37,867 bases of DNA, from positions 1 through 37,867 of the forward strand of contig JBDKEO010000035.1 in the NCBI GenBank assembly GCA_039795205.1, written 5' to 3'. This document shows, in pieces, positions 1-8,048 of this stretch (the first letter of the stretch is position 1; every line of letters starts with the position of its first letter). The position numbers and the translations under genes were made by a program. Below the pieces are notes generated by a model, which did not search any database, was not told the origin of the DNA, and saw nothing but the letters and a program-made list of their open reading frames with translations. Source of the DNA: Actinomycetota bacterium. GTDB taxonomy: Bacteria; Actinomycetota; Acidimicrobiia; Acidimicrobiales; Ilumatobacteraceae.

Positions 1-374
1 GACACGGCGCTCAGGTCATCCGTGAGTCATCTCGTCCGCAAGTCACGTTGATTGGTACGGGAAGCGAGGTGTCGGTAGTGCTCCGCGCCGCCGAAGAGTT
101 GGATTCTCGTGGAATAGGTAGTCGGGTGGTGTCGATGCCATCGTGGGACATGTTCGCTGAGTCTGATGAGCCTTATCGAACGGCGACACTTGGCAACCTA
201 CCTACGCTCTCCGTCGAGGCTGCCGCGACGTTCGGGTGGGAGCGTTACGCGGACGTTCCGATCGGCATCGACCGCTTTGGTGCCAGTGCACCAGGGGCAG
301 TGGTGATGGACGCTCTTGGCATCAACGTTGACCACGTGATCTCCGAGGCCTTGAGGCTGATCGAATCGACGTGA
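1..374 (+). CDS. tkt: Transketolase, C-terminal fragment (5' end outside window)
   Basis: The frame is open from the window edge (codons from nt 3). The translation ...VTLIGTGSEVSVVLRAAEELDSRGIGSRVVSMPSWDMF...IDRFGASAPG... matches the conserved transketolase C-terminal domain. The stop TGA at 372-374 overlaps the GTG start of the next gene (GTGA). Confidence 0.9.
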   Translation, partial: HGAQVIRESSRPQVTLIGTGSEVSVVLRAAEELDSRGIGSRVVSMPSWDMFAESDEPYRTATLGNLPTLSVEAAATFGWERYADVPIGIDRFGASAPGAVVMDALGINVDHVISEALRLIEST

Positions 375-1456
375 CGCTGCTCCACGATCTCCATCGCCTG
401 CAAGGGCAAAGCCCATGGCTCGACAACCTCCGTCGCGACGAATTGCACGATGGCCACATAGCCGATCTCGTTCGCCGCGGTGTGCGCGGCATCACCTCGA
501 ATCCGACGATCTTTCAGAAGGCCATCTCGTCGAGCTCCGCCTATGACGAGCAGATCGAGTCGTGTCGATCGCGCGGCTTGTCCACCGTCGAGACGTACTG
601 GGATCTCGTGGTCACCGACGTCGTGGAGGCATGTCGATTGCTCTCCCCTCTTCATCGTGAGTCTCAAGGCGAGGACGGATTCGTCAGCCTGGAGGTCGAT
701 CCCCATCTAGCCCACGACGCAGATGAGACGGTGCGTATGGCGCTCGAGCTTGCCCAGCGCATCGGTCTTCCCAATTTGATGATCAAAGTGCCCGCCACGC
801 AGGAATGCTTGGGTGCCATCACGGCGATCCTCGCCAGTGGGATCTCCGTCAACGTCACCTTGATATTCGGTCTGCGGCGTTACGAGCAAGTTCTCGAGGC
901 GTTCTTGGAAGGTCTGCGTTCGTGCGCAGCGCTCAATCCGACTCGAATGTCACATGTCCGTAGCGTCGCCAGTTTCTTCGTGTCGCGAGTTGACAGCACC
1001 ATCGATCCTCGTTTGGAATCCTTGGGGCGTTCGGAGATCGGTGGCCAGACTGCCGTCCACCAGGCGCGAGTCGCGTACCAACTCCAGGATCGATTCTTCG
1101 CACGGAGCGAGTGGCTCGATCTGGAAAAGCGAGGCGCGCATCGTCAGCGTCCTCTGTGGGCAAGTACCTCCACGAAGAACCCCGCCTACCCCGACCTGCT
1201 GTATGTCGACTCGCTGATCGGCCCGGGCAGCGTCAACACGTTGCCCGAACCGACGTTGCTCGCTTTCGAGCATCATGGTGTCGTCGCACGCACGATCGAC
1301 CACCAACCTGAAGTGAGCGACCGCTTCCTCGCCGACCTCGAGAAGATGGGAATCGACATGGACGAGGTGGCGTCCACACTGGAGCGCGAGGGCATCTCCT
1401 CTTTTGCACAAAGCTTCGACCAACTGATCGAGGCTCTGCGATCCAAGACATCATGA
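371..1456 (+). CDS. tal: Transaldolase (long actinobacterial type)
   Basis: 361 aa. Contains GQSPWLDNLRRD...GVRGITSNPTIFQKAI and IKVPAT motifs typical of transaldolase. It is GTGA-coupled to tkt and ATGA-coupled (1453-1456) to the next gene. Confidence 0.9.
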   Translation: MTLLHDLHRLQGQSPWLDNLRRDELHDGHIADLVRRGVRGITSNPTIFQKAISSSSAYDEQIESCRSRGLSTVETYWDLVVTDVVEACRLLSPLHRESQGEDGFVSLEVDPHLAHDADETVRMALELAQRIGLPNLMIKVPATQECLGAITAILASGISVNVTLIFGLRRYEQVLEAFLEGLRSCAALNPTRMSHVRSVASFFVSRVDSTIDPRLESLGRSEIGGQTAVHQARVAYQLQDRFFARSEWLDLEKRGAHRQRPLWASTSTKNPAYPDLLYVDSLIGPGSVNTLPEPTLLAFEHHGVVARTIDHQPEVSDRFLADLEKMGIDMDEVASTLEREGISSFAQSFDQLIEALRSKTS

Positions 1457-2478
1457 GCGACGCCGTCGATCCTCGTTCGTTGACTGTCGAAATCGAGCGG
1501 TTGATTCGCGAATTCGGTGGCGAAACTGAACAGGGCTATGTAGCCCAGTTGATCAAGTCTGCGATCGACATTTCACGCAGCGACGTCTCGACTTTGGATG
1601 CAAAGATCGCCGCTTCCGCATTGCGTGAGATGCATCAGGCATTCCGCATGATGGCGCCATTTCGTGAACGCAAGAAGGTCACCATCTTCGGATCGGCCCG
1701 CACCAGCAAGGGCGATCCACTCTTCGATCGAACGGCACAAATCTCCCGACAGTTCGCCGAGCGTGGGTGGATGGTCGTGACAGGGGCCGGTCCCGGGATC
1801 ATGGAAGCCGGCATGGTGGGGGCCGGACGCGAGAACTCCATCGGCGTATCGATACGTTTGCCGTTCGAGACCTCTGCAAACGAAGTGATACAGGGTGACA
1901 CGAAATTCGTTTCGATGCGATATTTCTTCACGCGCAAGTTGATGCTCGTCAAGGAGTCGCACGCATTCATCTGTATGCCTGGCGGATTCGGCACCTTGGA
2001 TGAAATGTTCGAGTTGCTCACGCTGATCCAAACTGGCAAGGGTGTACCGGTACCGCTTCTGTTGATGGATCTCGAGGATGATCCTTTTTGGGAGACCGTG
2101 GAGCAGCTCATCGATCAACAACTTCTCCCGCGTGGTCTCATTTCACAGGACGATCTTGCCTTGTTCGAAGTGTGTCACTCCCCTGAGGAGGCATGGCGCC
2201 GTGTCGAAACCTTCTATTCCAACTATCGATCGATGCGCTTTTTCGGAGAAACCCTGGTGCTGCGAGTGAATCGCCCAGTGAGTGACGATCTCCTTGCTTC
2301 GCTCAACGACCAGTTTTCGCTGCTGCGGGTCGATGGACTTTTCGTGCGAACTGATGCCAGGCAGGAAGAGATCCGGGACAATGACGAACTAGACGCTCAT
2401 CGGATCGAATTCCGATTTGCCAGACGCCACTACGGGCATCTCCGCATGATGATCAATCACCTGAATCAGCACGGCTGA
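1453..2478 (+). CDS. LOG-family (TIGR00730-like) nucleotide 5'-monophosphate nucleosidase-like protein with N- and C-terminal extensions
   Basis: 341 aa. Has the LOG signatures TGAGPGIMEAG and PGGFGTLDEMFE. About 70 aa precede the core and about 100 aa follow it. Confidence 0.8.
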   Translation: MSDAVDPRSLTVEIERLIREFGGETEQGYVAQLIKSAIDISRSDVSTLDAKIAASALREMHQAFRMMAPFRERKKVTIFGSARTSKGDPLFDRTAQISRQFAERGWMVVTGAGPGIMEAGMVGAGRENSIGVSIRLPFETSANEVIQGDTKFVSMRYFFTRKLMLVKESHAFICMPGGFGTLDEMFELLTLIQTGKGVPVPLLLMDLEDDPFWETVEQLIDQQLLPRGLISQDDLALFEVCHSPEEAWRRVETFYSNYRSMRFFGETLVLRVNRPVSDDLLASLNDQFSLLRVDGLFVRTDARQEEIRDNDELDAHRIEFRFARRHYGHLRMMINHLNQHG

Positions 2479-2728
2479 GAATCGCGATCGCCTTCTCGAC
2501 CGCACGCCGCGCCTGGCTGAGTGACTTCTCGGATTCTGGTCGCTTCGTCGCACCAGAACGATGAGCTTCCTTGAGCTCGACCAGCGCTCGATCAGCCAAC
2601 TCCTCGGAGATGACACGCAGGCGCTCCGTGATGTCGGCCAGATCGCCGTTCAGGTTGTCGGTCACCCTCTCAGTATTCCATTGCGTAGTCGTGTTCCGAG
2701 CATCACGACAACTAGTGTGAAGCGCCAT
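2453..2728 (-). CDS. Hypothetical small helical protein (start uncertain)
   Basis: Minus ORF 2453-2779. The internal ATG at 2728 gives 91 aa with an Ala/Glu/Leu/Arg-rich helical C-terminus (ITERLRVISEELADRALVELKEAH...). No family recognised. It overlaps the LOG gene 3' end by 26 nt. Confidence 0.3.
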   Translation of the reverse strand: MALHTSCRDARNTTTQWNTERVTDNLNGDLADITERLRVISEELADRALVELKEAHRSGATKRPESEKSLSQARRAVEKAIAILSRADSGD

Positions 2729-3455
2729 GCCCAAAGTCTCCGATCTCCACGAATGGCTCAGTTTCAGCGATCCCGACAAGGATCAAACCTGGATGGTCGA
2801 TGCCACGTTCCTCCGTTCCAACTATGAGTGCATCTACGGTCGCGGTTGCAAGGGTGTGCTCGATGACGATGCCACCAAACTGCAACAGGGCTGTTGCAGT
2901 TACGGAGCTCATTTCATCGACAAGAAGGACTTGGCAACGGTCAAGAAGAGCGTCAAGCGCTTGGAGCCTCGACACTGGCAACATCATGCAAAGGGAGAAA
3001 ACGGCAAGTGGCTCCGCAAGGAGCGTGATGGCGCCGATGTGACCGCCCGCGTGAACGGCGCATGTATCTTCCACAACGAACCGGGGTTCGAAGGCGGTAT
3101 GGGTTGCGCGTTCCACATCGCGGCGCTCGAGGCTGGAGAGCGTCCCATGGACTGGAAGCCGGACGTGTGCTGGCAGGTGCCCCTACGACTGGAGGAATAC
3201 ACGGAGGACGACGGTCATGTCGTCTCTTTCGTCCGTGAGTGGAAGCGTCGTGATTGGGGTGAGGGTGGGCACGACTTCCATTGGTGGTGCACCGACGATG
3301 CCAAGGCATTCGTCGGCAAGCGTCCCGTGTATGAAACCCTCAAGGACGAACTCGTCGAGCTCGTGGGGGCGCACATCTATGCACGAATCGTGCAATTGCT
3401 CGACGAAAAGCGTTCGGTGCCGGTGCCGCACCCGAAGATGAAGAAGCGCTCTTAG
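2727..3455 (+). CDS. Conserved-looking Cys-rich hypothetical protein (possible metal or Fe-S binding)
   Basis: 242 aa with balanced composition. Cysteine pattern is C-x4-C ... CC ... C ... C ... C ... C (CIYGRGCKGV, QQGCCSYGAHF, GACIFHN, GMGCAFH, DVCWQVP, HWWCTDD). I cannot name the family. Confidence 0.6.
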   Translation: MPKVSDLHEWLSFSDPDKDQTWMVDATFLRSNYECIYGRGCKGVLDDDATKLQQGCCSYGAHFIDKKDLATVKKSVKRLEPRHWQHHAKGENGKWLRKERDGADVTARVNGACIFHNEPGFEGGMGCAFHIAALEAGERPMDWKPDVCWQVPLRLEEYTEDDGHVVSFVREWKRRDWGEGGHDFHWWCTDDAKAFVGKRPVYETLKDELVELVGAHIYARIVQLLDEKRSVPVPHPKMKKRS

Positions 3456-5296
3456 GGAGTCTTCTTGGCCTGACGTCGGCGATCCTCTAGCCCGAGGAAT
3501 CGCTTGCGAATACGCACCTTGGTCGGCGTCACTTCCACCAGTTCGTCGTCGGCGATCCATTCGATCGCGGTCTCCAGGGTGTGGATCTTGGGGCTCGCGA
3601 GCTTGATCCCCTCGTCGTGGCTGTGCGTACGAATGTTGGTCTTCTCCTTGGCGCGGACCGCATTGACGACCATCTCATCCTCGCGCGCGTTCTCACCCAC
3701 GACCATCCCTTCGTAGATTTCGTCACCGGGTGAGATGAACAATGTCCCGCGTAACTGCAGGTTGTCGAGAGCGTACGCAGTTGCGGTGCCGAGGCGATCG
3801 CCCACCATGGCTCCACCCTTGCGGTGCGGCAGATCACCACACCACGGAGTCCAGCCAGCGAGAGATTGATGCAACAGAGAAGTGCCTCGCGTGAGGGTCA
3901 GCAAAGCTGAGCGGAATCCGAGCAGTCCACGCGACGGTGCTTCGAATGAAACGATCGTGCGTCCCGGGTCTCCCGGCGCAATGTCCAGAATCCTGCCCTT
4001 GCGCGGAGCAAGCTCCTGAGTGATTGCACCGACGTACTCGTCCGGGACGTCGCACGTTCCCGATTCGAGTGGCTCATGGAGCTTCCCGTCGATGTCACGA
4101 GTCACCACCTCTGGACGGCTCACCTGCAGTTCGTAGCCCTCGCGTCGCATATTCTCAATCAGCACAGCCAATTGCAGTTCACCGCGTCCCGAAACCATAA
4201 CGGACTCCGAGTTCGCAGATTCGTCGATCTTGATGCTGACGTTTCCGAGCACTTCGCGGCGCAGACGTTCACGGAGGTGACGGCTAGTGAGGAACTTGCC
4301 CTCCTTGCCTGCCATCGGTGACGTGTTCACACCAAAAGTCATTCGCAAGACGGGTTCATCGACTTCCAGACGCGGGAGCGGAGTCGTGTCATCCACCGAT
4401 GAGATCGTGTCCCCGACCTGGATTTCCTCGATTCCCGCAGCAATGAAGAGATCTCCACTGCCGACTTCCTCGACCTCCACTCGGCCGATTCCCGCGAACT
4501 TGAACAAACCAGTGAGGCGTCTCTTGATGATCTGGGGTGTTCCGTCGGCTGATGATTGCTGAATGACCGCCACGGAGTCGCCCTTGCGTAGTCGTCCCGC
4601 GACTACCCGTCCTATACCCAGGCGACCGAGATAGTCCGACGCGTCAAGGTTGGTGACGAGAGCCTTCAATGGTGCATCGTCATTGGGAGCCGGTGCCGCG
4701 ACGTGTTCGAGCACCGCATCGAGCATGGGATGAAGGTCGTCCGACGGTCCGGGCATGCCGATTCCAGCAACGGCTTGGCCGTCACGCGCGATTGCAGAGA
4801 TGACGGGAAACGACAAATGATCATCGCGTTGAGCCAAGTCGAGGAACAACTGCTCCACTTCTTCGAGCACCTCAGCAGGTCGGGCATCTTGTCGGTCGAC
4901 CTTGTTGATCACCAGAATGACTGGAAGGTTTCGTCGGAGTGCTTTCCCCAAGACGTACCGAGTCTGGGGAAGCGGGCCCTCAGCAGCATCGACGAGCAGG
5001 ATCACCCCATCGACGAGCGCCAGCGCACGCTCCACCTCCCCACCAAAATCGGCGTGACCCGGCGTGTCGACCAGATTGATGCAGGTTCCTCGATAGTTGA
5101 TCTGTGCGGCCTTTGCCAAGATGGTGATTCCGCGTTCGCGCTCCTGGTCGTTGTTGTCCATCACACGATCGACCACTGCCTGGTGGGCGGCGAACGCACC
5201 GGTGTAGCGCAACAACGAATCGACGAGCGTCGTCTTTCCGTGGTCGACGTGCGCAACGAGCGCAACGTTACGAATGGGGGTACCTACTGGAGACAA
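3452..5296 (-). CDS. typA: Translational GTPase TypA/BipA
   Basis: 614 aa. G1 motif AHVDHGKTTL, DTPGHADFGGEV, NKVD and the EF-G-like domain order. The only available start is TTG at 5296. Its stop overlaps the stop of the convergent gene (TTAG at 3452-3455). Confidence 0.95.
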   Translation of the reverse strand: MSPVGTPIRNVALVAHVDHGKTTLVDSLLRYTGAFAAHQAVVDRVMDNNDQERERGITILAKAAQINYRGTCINLVDTPGHADFGGEVERALALVDGVILLVDAAEGPLPQTRYVLGKALRRNLPVILVINKVDRQDARPAEVLEEVEQLFLDLAQRDDHLSFPVISAIARDGQAVAGIGMPGPSDDLHPMLDAVLEHVAAPAPNDDAPLKALVTNLDASDYLGRLGIGRVVAGRLRKGDSVAVIQQSSADGTPQIIKRRLTGLFKFAGIGRVEVEEVGSGDLFIAAGIEEIQVGDTISSVDDTTPLPRLEVDEPVLRMTFGVNTSPMAGKEGKFLTSRHLRERLRREVLGNVSIKIDESANSESVMVSGRGELQLAVLIENMRREGYELQVSRPEVVTRDIDGKLHEPLESGTCDVPDEYVGAITQELAPRKGRILDIAPGDPGRTIVSFEAPSRGLLGFRSALLTLTRGTSLLHQSLAGWTPWCGDLPHRKGGAMVGDRLGTATAYALDNLQLRGTLFISPGDEIYEGMVVGENAREDEMVVNAVRAKEKTNIRTHSHDEGIKLASPKIHTLETAIEWIADDELVEVTPTKVRIRKRFLGLEDRRRQAKKTP

Positions 5297-5309
5297 GATG
5301 TGCAGCTAG

Positions 5310-5498
5310 TCAGTCTTCGTCGGATTCGTCTTCGTCATCATCGAAGCGAACCCCGTAACGCTCGGCAATAGCGGCGTATTCATCCTCTTCCGACTGCGGT
5401 TCACGCGACTTGCCACGGAGGCCCAAGTCCTCGGGGGACGGCCCCGACTGCTTGAGTTTGCGCGCTTCTTCGAACCGCCGATGGCGTCCCTTCTTCAC
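5310..5498 (-). CDS. Small charged protein with basic N-terminus and acidic C-terminus (DUF3073-like)
   Basis: 62 aa. GTG start at 5498 is preceded by GGAG with an 8-nt spacer. Sequence VKKGRHRRFEEARKLKQSGPSPEDL...DDDEDESDED resembles small actinobacterial DUF3073 proteins as I remember them. Stop lies 13 nt before the typA TTG. Confidence 0.45.
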   Translation of the reverse strand: MKKGRHRRFEEARKLKQSGPSPEDLGLRGKSREPQSEEDEYAAIAERYGVRFDDDEDESDED

Positions 5499-5522
5499 TG
5501 TCTGGGCTCCGTTGCTTCTAGT

Positions 5523-5541
5523 AGCGGACCCAAGGACCGCT
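5523..5541 (-). terminator. Weak hairpin downstream of rnd (possible terminator)
   Basis: AGCGGaCC-caa-GGaCCGCT forms 7 bp with one mismatch and a 3-nt loop. No U-tract follows on the minus strand. Confidence 0.2.
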
Positions 5542-5606
5542 TACGCGATGAACATTGGTCTACATCGTAGCGGGAGGTGAATGCCGATGTGGGCCACTCT
5601 CGAGCC

Positions 5607-6749
5607 CTACTCCGCATGTGGGCTGAGGCGCAGACGACCCCGATCATCCACACTCAGGGCGAGTGTGCCGTTGACCAAGCCGTCCAAATCACTTAGCAAG
5701 AGTTCGGCGCGCCAGCCATGGCGCAGACGGGCATCAGGCATGCCGCCGAGAAACTCGTCGATGTCCTGTCGCGTCGCGAGGAATGCCGGATCAAGGTCGG
5801 ATTGGCGTGCGCGTTCGGCAACCCATGCCACGATCAATGGGATAGCGGCACGTTGCCGGGGATCGATGTCATACCGCTTCGTCTCACCGGTCTCGAACAC
5901 TTCGTCAGCACCCGCCCTGATGGCAGCAAGGATCTCCGATGTCGCATCCGTTCCAAATTGTCGTCCCTCCACGCCCCTACACCCGAGCAATGCCGACTCC
6001 GTGGTGGGCCGCGCTTGGGCGATGCTGACGAGCGCCATGTCCGACATGACGCGACGGACGGGGATGTCCAATTGCATCGCGCGACGTTCACGCCAGCGGG
6101 CGAGACTGCGGGCAACACCGCGTGCTTCCCCACGGAGGGATCGCGCATCCTTCACCTTCATCCATGCGTCATCGAGATTCGGCTCACCGCTGGCCCGTTG
6201 CACGAGTTTCGAACATGCGTCGGCGACCCAATCGACACGGCCAAGATTGGTGAGAGCAGCGATCTGATGGTCATGGATCTCGAAGAGGTGCTCGACGTCA
6301 CTGGCTGCGTAGTCGAGTTGTGCTGGAGTCAGCGGACGTCTCAGCCAATCAGTGAGTCGATCCGATTTCGGAAGCACCACCTTTCGCACCTCATTCACGA
6401 GAGTCGCCAACGAAACCTGGGTCGCTCCAAGGAAGCCGGCAGCGATCTGCGTGTCGTACACCCTCATGGGAAGTCGACCACATTGCCGCGCGAGAATCTC
6501 GAGATCTTGGGCGCCAGCGTGAAGAACGCAGATCGATTCGTCATCGAACAGCGATGCCAGGAGACCCACATTGCAGCGAAGCGGATCGACCAACCCGATC
6601 CGATCCCCAAGCCGCACCTGCACCAATGCAAGTTGTGGGTAATAGGTGCGCTCCCGATGGAACTCGGTGTCGATCGCGTAGCGCCCGTCGTGTCCGACGC
6701 TGAGAAACTCCTGCAGGTTCTCATCGTCCTCGATCCAGCGAAAGGTCAT
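5607..6749 (-). CDS. rnd: Ribonuclease D (DEDD 3'-5' exonuclease plus HRDC domain)
   Basis: 380 aa. Contains YAIDTEFHRERTYYPQLALVQV, HAGAQDLE and YAASDVEHL exonuclease motifs, then an HRDC-like region. The ATG overlaps the stop of the upstream gene (ATGA at 6746-6749). Confidence 0.85.
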   Translation of the reverse strand: MTFRWIEDDENLQEFLSVGHDGRYAIDTEFHRERTYYPQLALVQVRLGDRIGLVDPLRCNVGLLASLFDDESICVLHAGAQDLEILARQCGRLPMRVYDTQIAAGFLGATQVSLATLVNEVRKVVLPKSDRLTDWLRRPLTPAQLDYAASDVEHLFEIHDHQIAALTNLGRVDWVADACSKLVQRASGEPNLDDAWMKVKDARSLRGEARGVARSLARWRERRAMQLDIPVRRVMSDMALVSIAQARPTTESALLGCRGVEGRQFGTDATSEILAAIRAGADEVFETGETKRYDIDPRQRAAIPLIVAWVAERARQSDLDPAFLATRQDIDEFLGGMPDARLRHGWRAELLLSDLDGLVNGTLALSVDDRGRLRLSPHAE

Positions 6750-7303
6750 ACGTCCGCCAACTCATTCACGTTGATCAGTTGATGGGCCAGCAGACTGACG
6801 AGCACGTGGGGAACGGTCTGAGCAACGTCCCGGACGCTGCGTCCGCCAGATTGGAAGAACGGCTCGACAAGGTCGTGTATCGCTTCGGCATTCCAAGCAG
6901 CCGCCAACCATTGCGGTTCGGTTTGGGGCGACATGGTTGCAAAGGCAGCCAGCCGGTCACTCGACGACAATGCATCGGACAACTGCGACACCCCCGTGCT
7001 GCCCAGGAATGGCATGTCACATGGCATGACGAGATATGTCTCCGCTCGCGAATGTTCTGCAGCATCGAGGATTGCGCCGAGCGGGCCGGACCCTTCACGA
7101 GATCCGAACACTGCAGTGGCTCCCCATCCTTCGGGAATGGAGTGACGTCCTACCACGAGGACTCGGTCGACCACTGGCGACAATGCCCCCACTGCCCGCA
7201 AGCCCATTTCCTTCCCTTCTACGAGATGGAAGAACTTGTCACTTCCGAAGCGGCTACTTCGGCCGCCCGCGAGGACGACACCCACTCGATCAGACAAGTT
7301 CAT
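6746..7303 (-). CDS. mobA: MobA-like molybdenum cofactor nucleotidyltransferase (GTP versus CTP specificity not decidable)
   Basis: 185 aa. Contains GVVLAGGRSSRFGSDK, GPLGAILDA, MPCDMPFL and C-terminal LINVN, which parallel remembered E. coli MobA motifs. Confidence 0.65.
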   Translation of the reverse strand: MNLSDRVGVVLAGGRSSRFGSDKFFHLVEGKEMGLRAVGALSPVVDRVLVVGRHSIPEGWGATAVFGSREGSGPLGAILDAAEHSRAETYLVMPCDMPFLGSTGVSQLSDALSSSDRLAAFATMSPQTEPQWLAAAWNAEAIHDLVEPFFQSGGRSVRDVAQTVPHVLVSLLAHQLINVNELADV

Positions 7304-7721
7304 CCCAGCTGGTCGATGGATCCAACTGCGCGAGGAATGTGCGGCAGCGCTCTGCTTCTCCGGCCTCCCCGATCAGGCTCGCCAAACGAGCCAGACCTGC
7401 GAGACAGCGCAAGAACCCACGGTTCGACTCGTTGCGCCAACGGACATAACCGGAACCACGCCAACCGTTTTGCCGCAGTGCGTCGAGTCCGCGGTGATAC
7501 CCGATGCGGTAGGCCATGTAGCGCTCCAGATCGTCCCGCGCCCGATCGCCATACTCGGCCCACGCGTTCAACGAGGTTGGATGTTGCACGACTACCTCGG
7601 AAACGCTTCCCCTGCCTGATTGGCCCGGAGCAGCTGCGGCCAACTTCTCGAGAATCTGGGTCGGCTCCGTGGGCAGCACCACCTCCGGCGGTTTGTTTCC
7701 TGAGAATTGAACGTCCGACAC
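7290..7721 (-). CDS. DUF3151-like actinobacterial protein
   Basis: 143 aa with GTG start. Contains AWAEYGDRA...YRIGYHRGLDALRQNGWRGSGYVRW...NRGFLRCL...ERCRTFL, which matches my memory of DUF3151. It overlaps the mobA-like start by 14 nt. Confidence 0.6.
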   Translation of the reverse strand: MSDVQFSGNKPPEVVLPTEPTQILEKLAAAAPGQSGRGSVSEVVVQHPTSLNAWAEYGDRARDDLERYMAYRIGYHRGLDALRQNGWRGSGYVRWRNESNRGFLRCLAGLARLASLIGEAGEAERCRTFLAQLDPSTSWDELV

Positions 7722-7745
7722 TGGGGCAAAGCGTAGTGGCAGACT

Positions 7746-8048
7746 TTGACGGTGAACCTCTCCAACTTCGACGCAGAATCGGCAAAGAACTTTTCCCTGG
7801 TTGCTCTCGGTAGTTCGGTTTTCGTGGCGCTTCTCGTGTTGAAGTTCGCGAAATCGATCGTCACGAAGCTGATCTTGTTGATCGTCTGCGGCGCGTTGGG
7901 GTGGAGCTTTTTCAGTCAGCGCGACAGCCTGAATAGTTGTATAGATGCCGCACGCGCCCAGGCCAGTTCAGGTTCGTTGACGAGTCTGGAGTGCGAATTC
8001 TTCGGTCGATCATTGAAGATCGACAAGGACGGCGCTTCGCTGCAGTGA
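7746..8048 (+). CDS. Small membrane protein, hypothetical
   Basis: 100 aa with only TTG (7746) or GTG (7752) starts available. Two hydrophobic helices (LVALGSSVFVALLVL, LILLIVCGALGWSFF) and two Cys in the tail. The stop overlaps the GTG start of the next gene (GTGA at 8045-8048). Confidence 0.45.
   Translation: MTVNLSNFDAESAKNFSLVALGSSVFVALLVLKFAKSIVTKLILLIVCGALGWSFFSQRDSLNSCIDAARAQASSGSLTSLECEFFGRSLKIDKDGASLQ

Noticed and set aside
2561-2827. 88-aa + strand ORF competing with the minus-strand small ORF at 2453-2728
   Set aside because: It would overlap the well-supported start of the Cys-rich gene at 2727 in another frame, and its composition is poor. The minus-strand ORF is itself only a low-confidence call.
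5581-6782. Long + strand ORFs (228 aa and 354 aa) opposite the RNase D gene
   Set aside because: Their composition is Arg/Ser/Pro/Ala-rich and low in complexity, with no recognisable motifs. This is typical of open antisense frames in GC-rich DNA. The minus strand carries clear RNase D exonuclease/HRDC motifs.
6779-7813. 344-aa + strand ORF spanning the mobA-like and DUF3151-like genes
   Set aside because: It is antisense to two genes with recognisable family motifs. The translation is Arg/Pro/Ser-rich with no domain signature.
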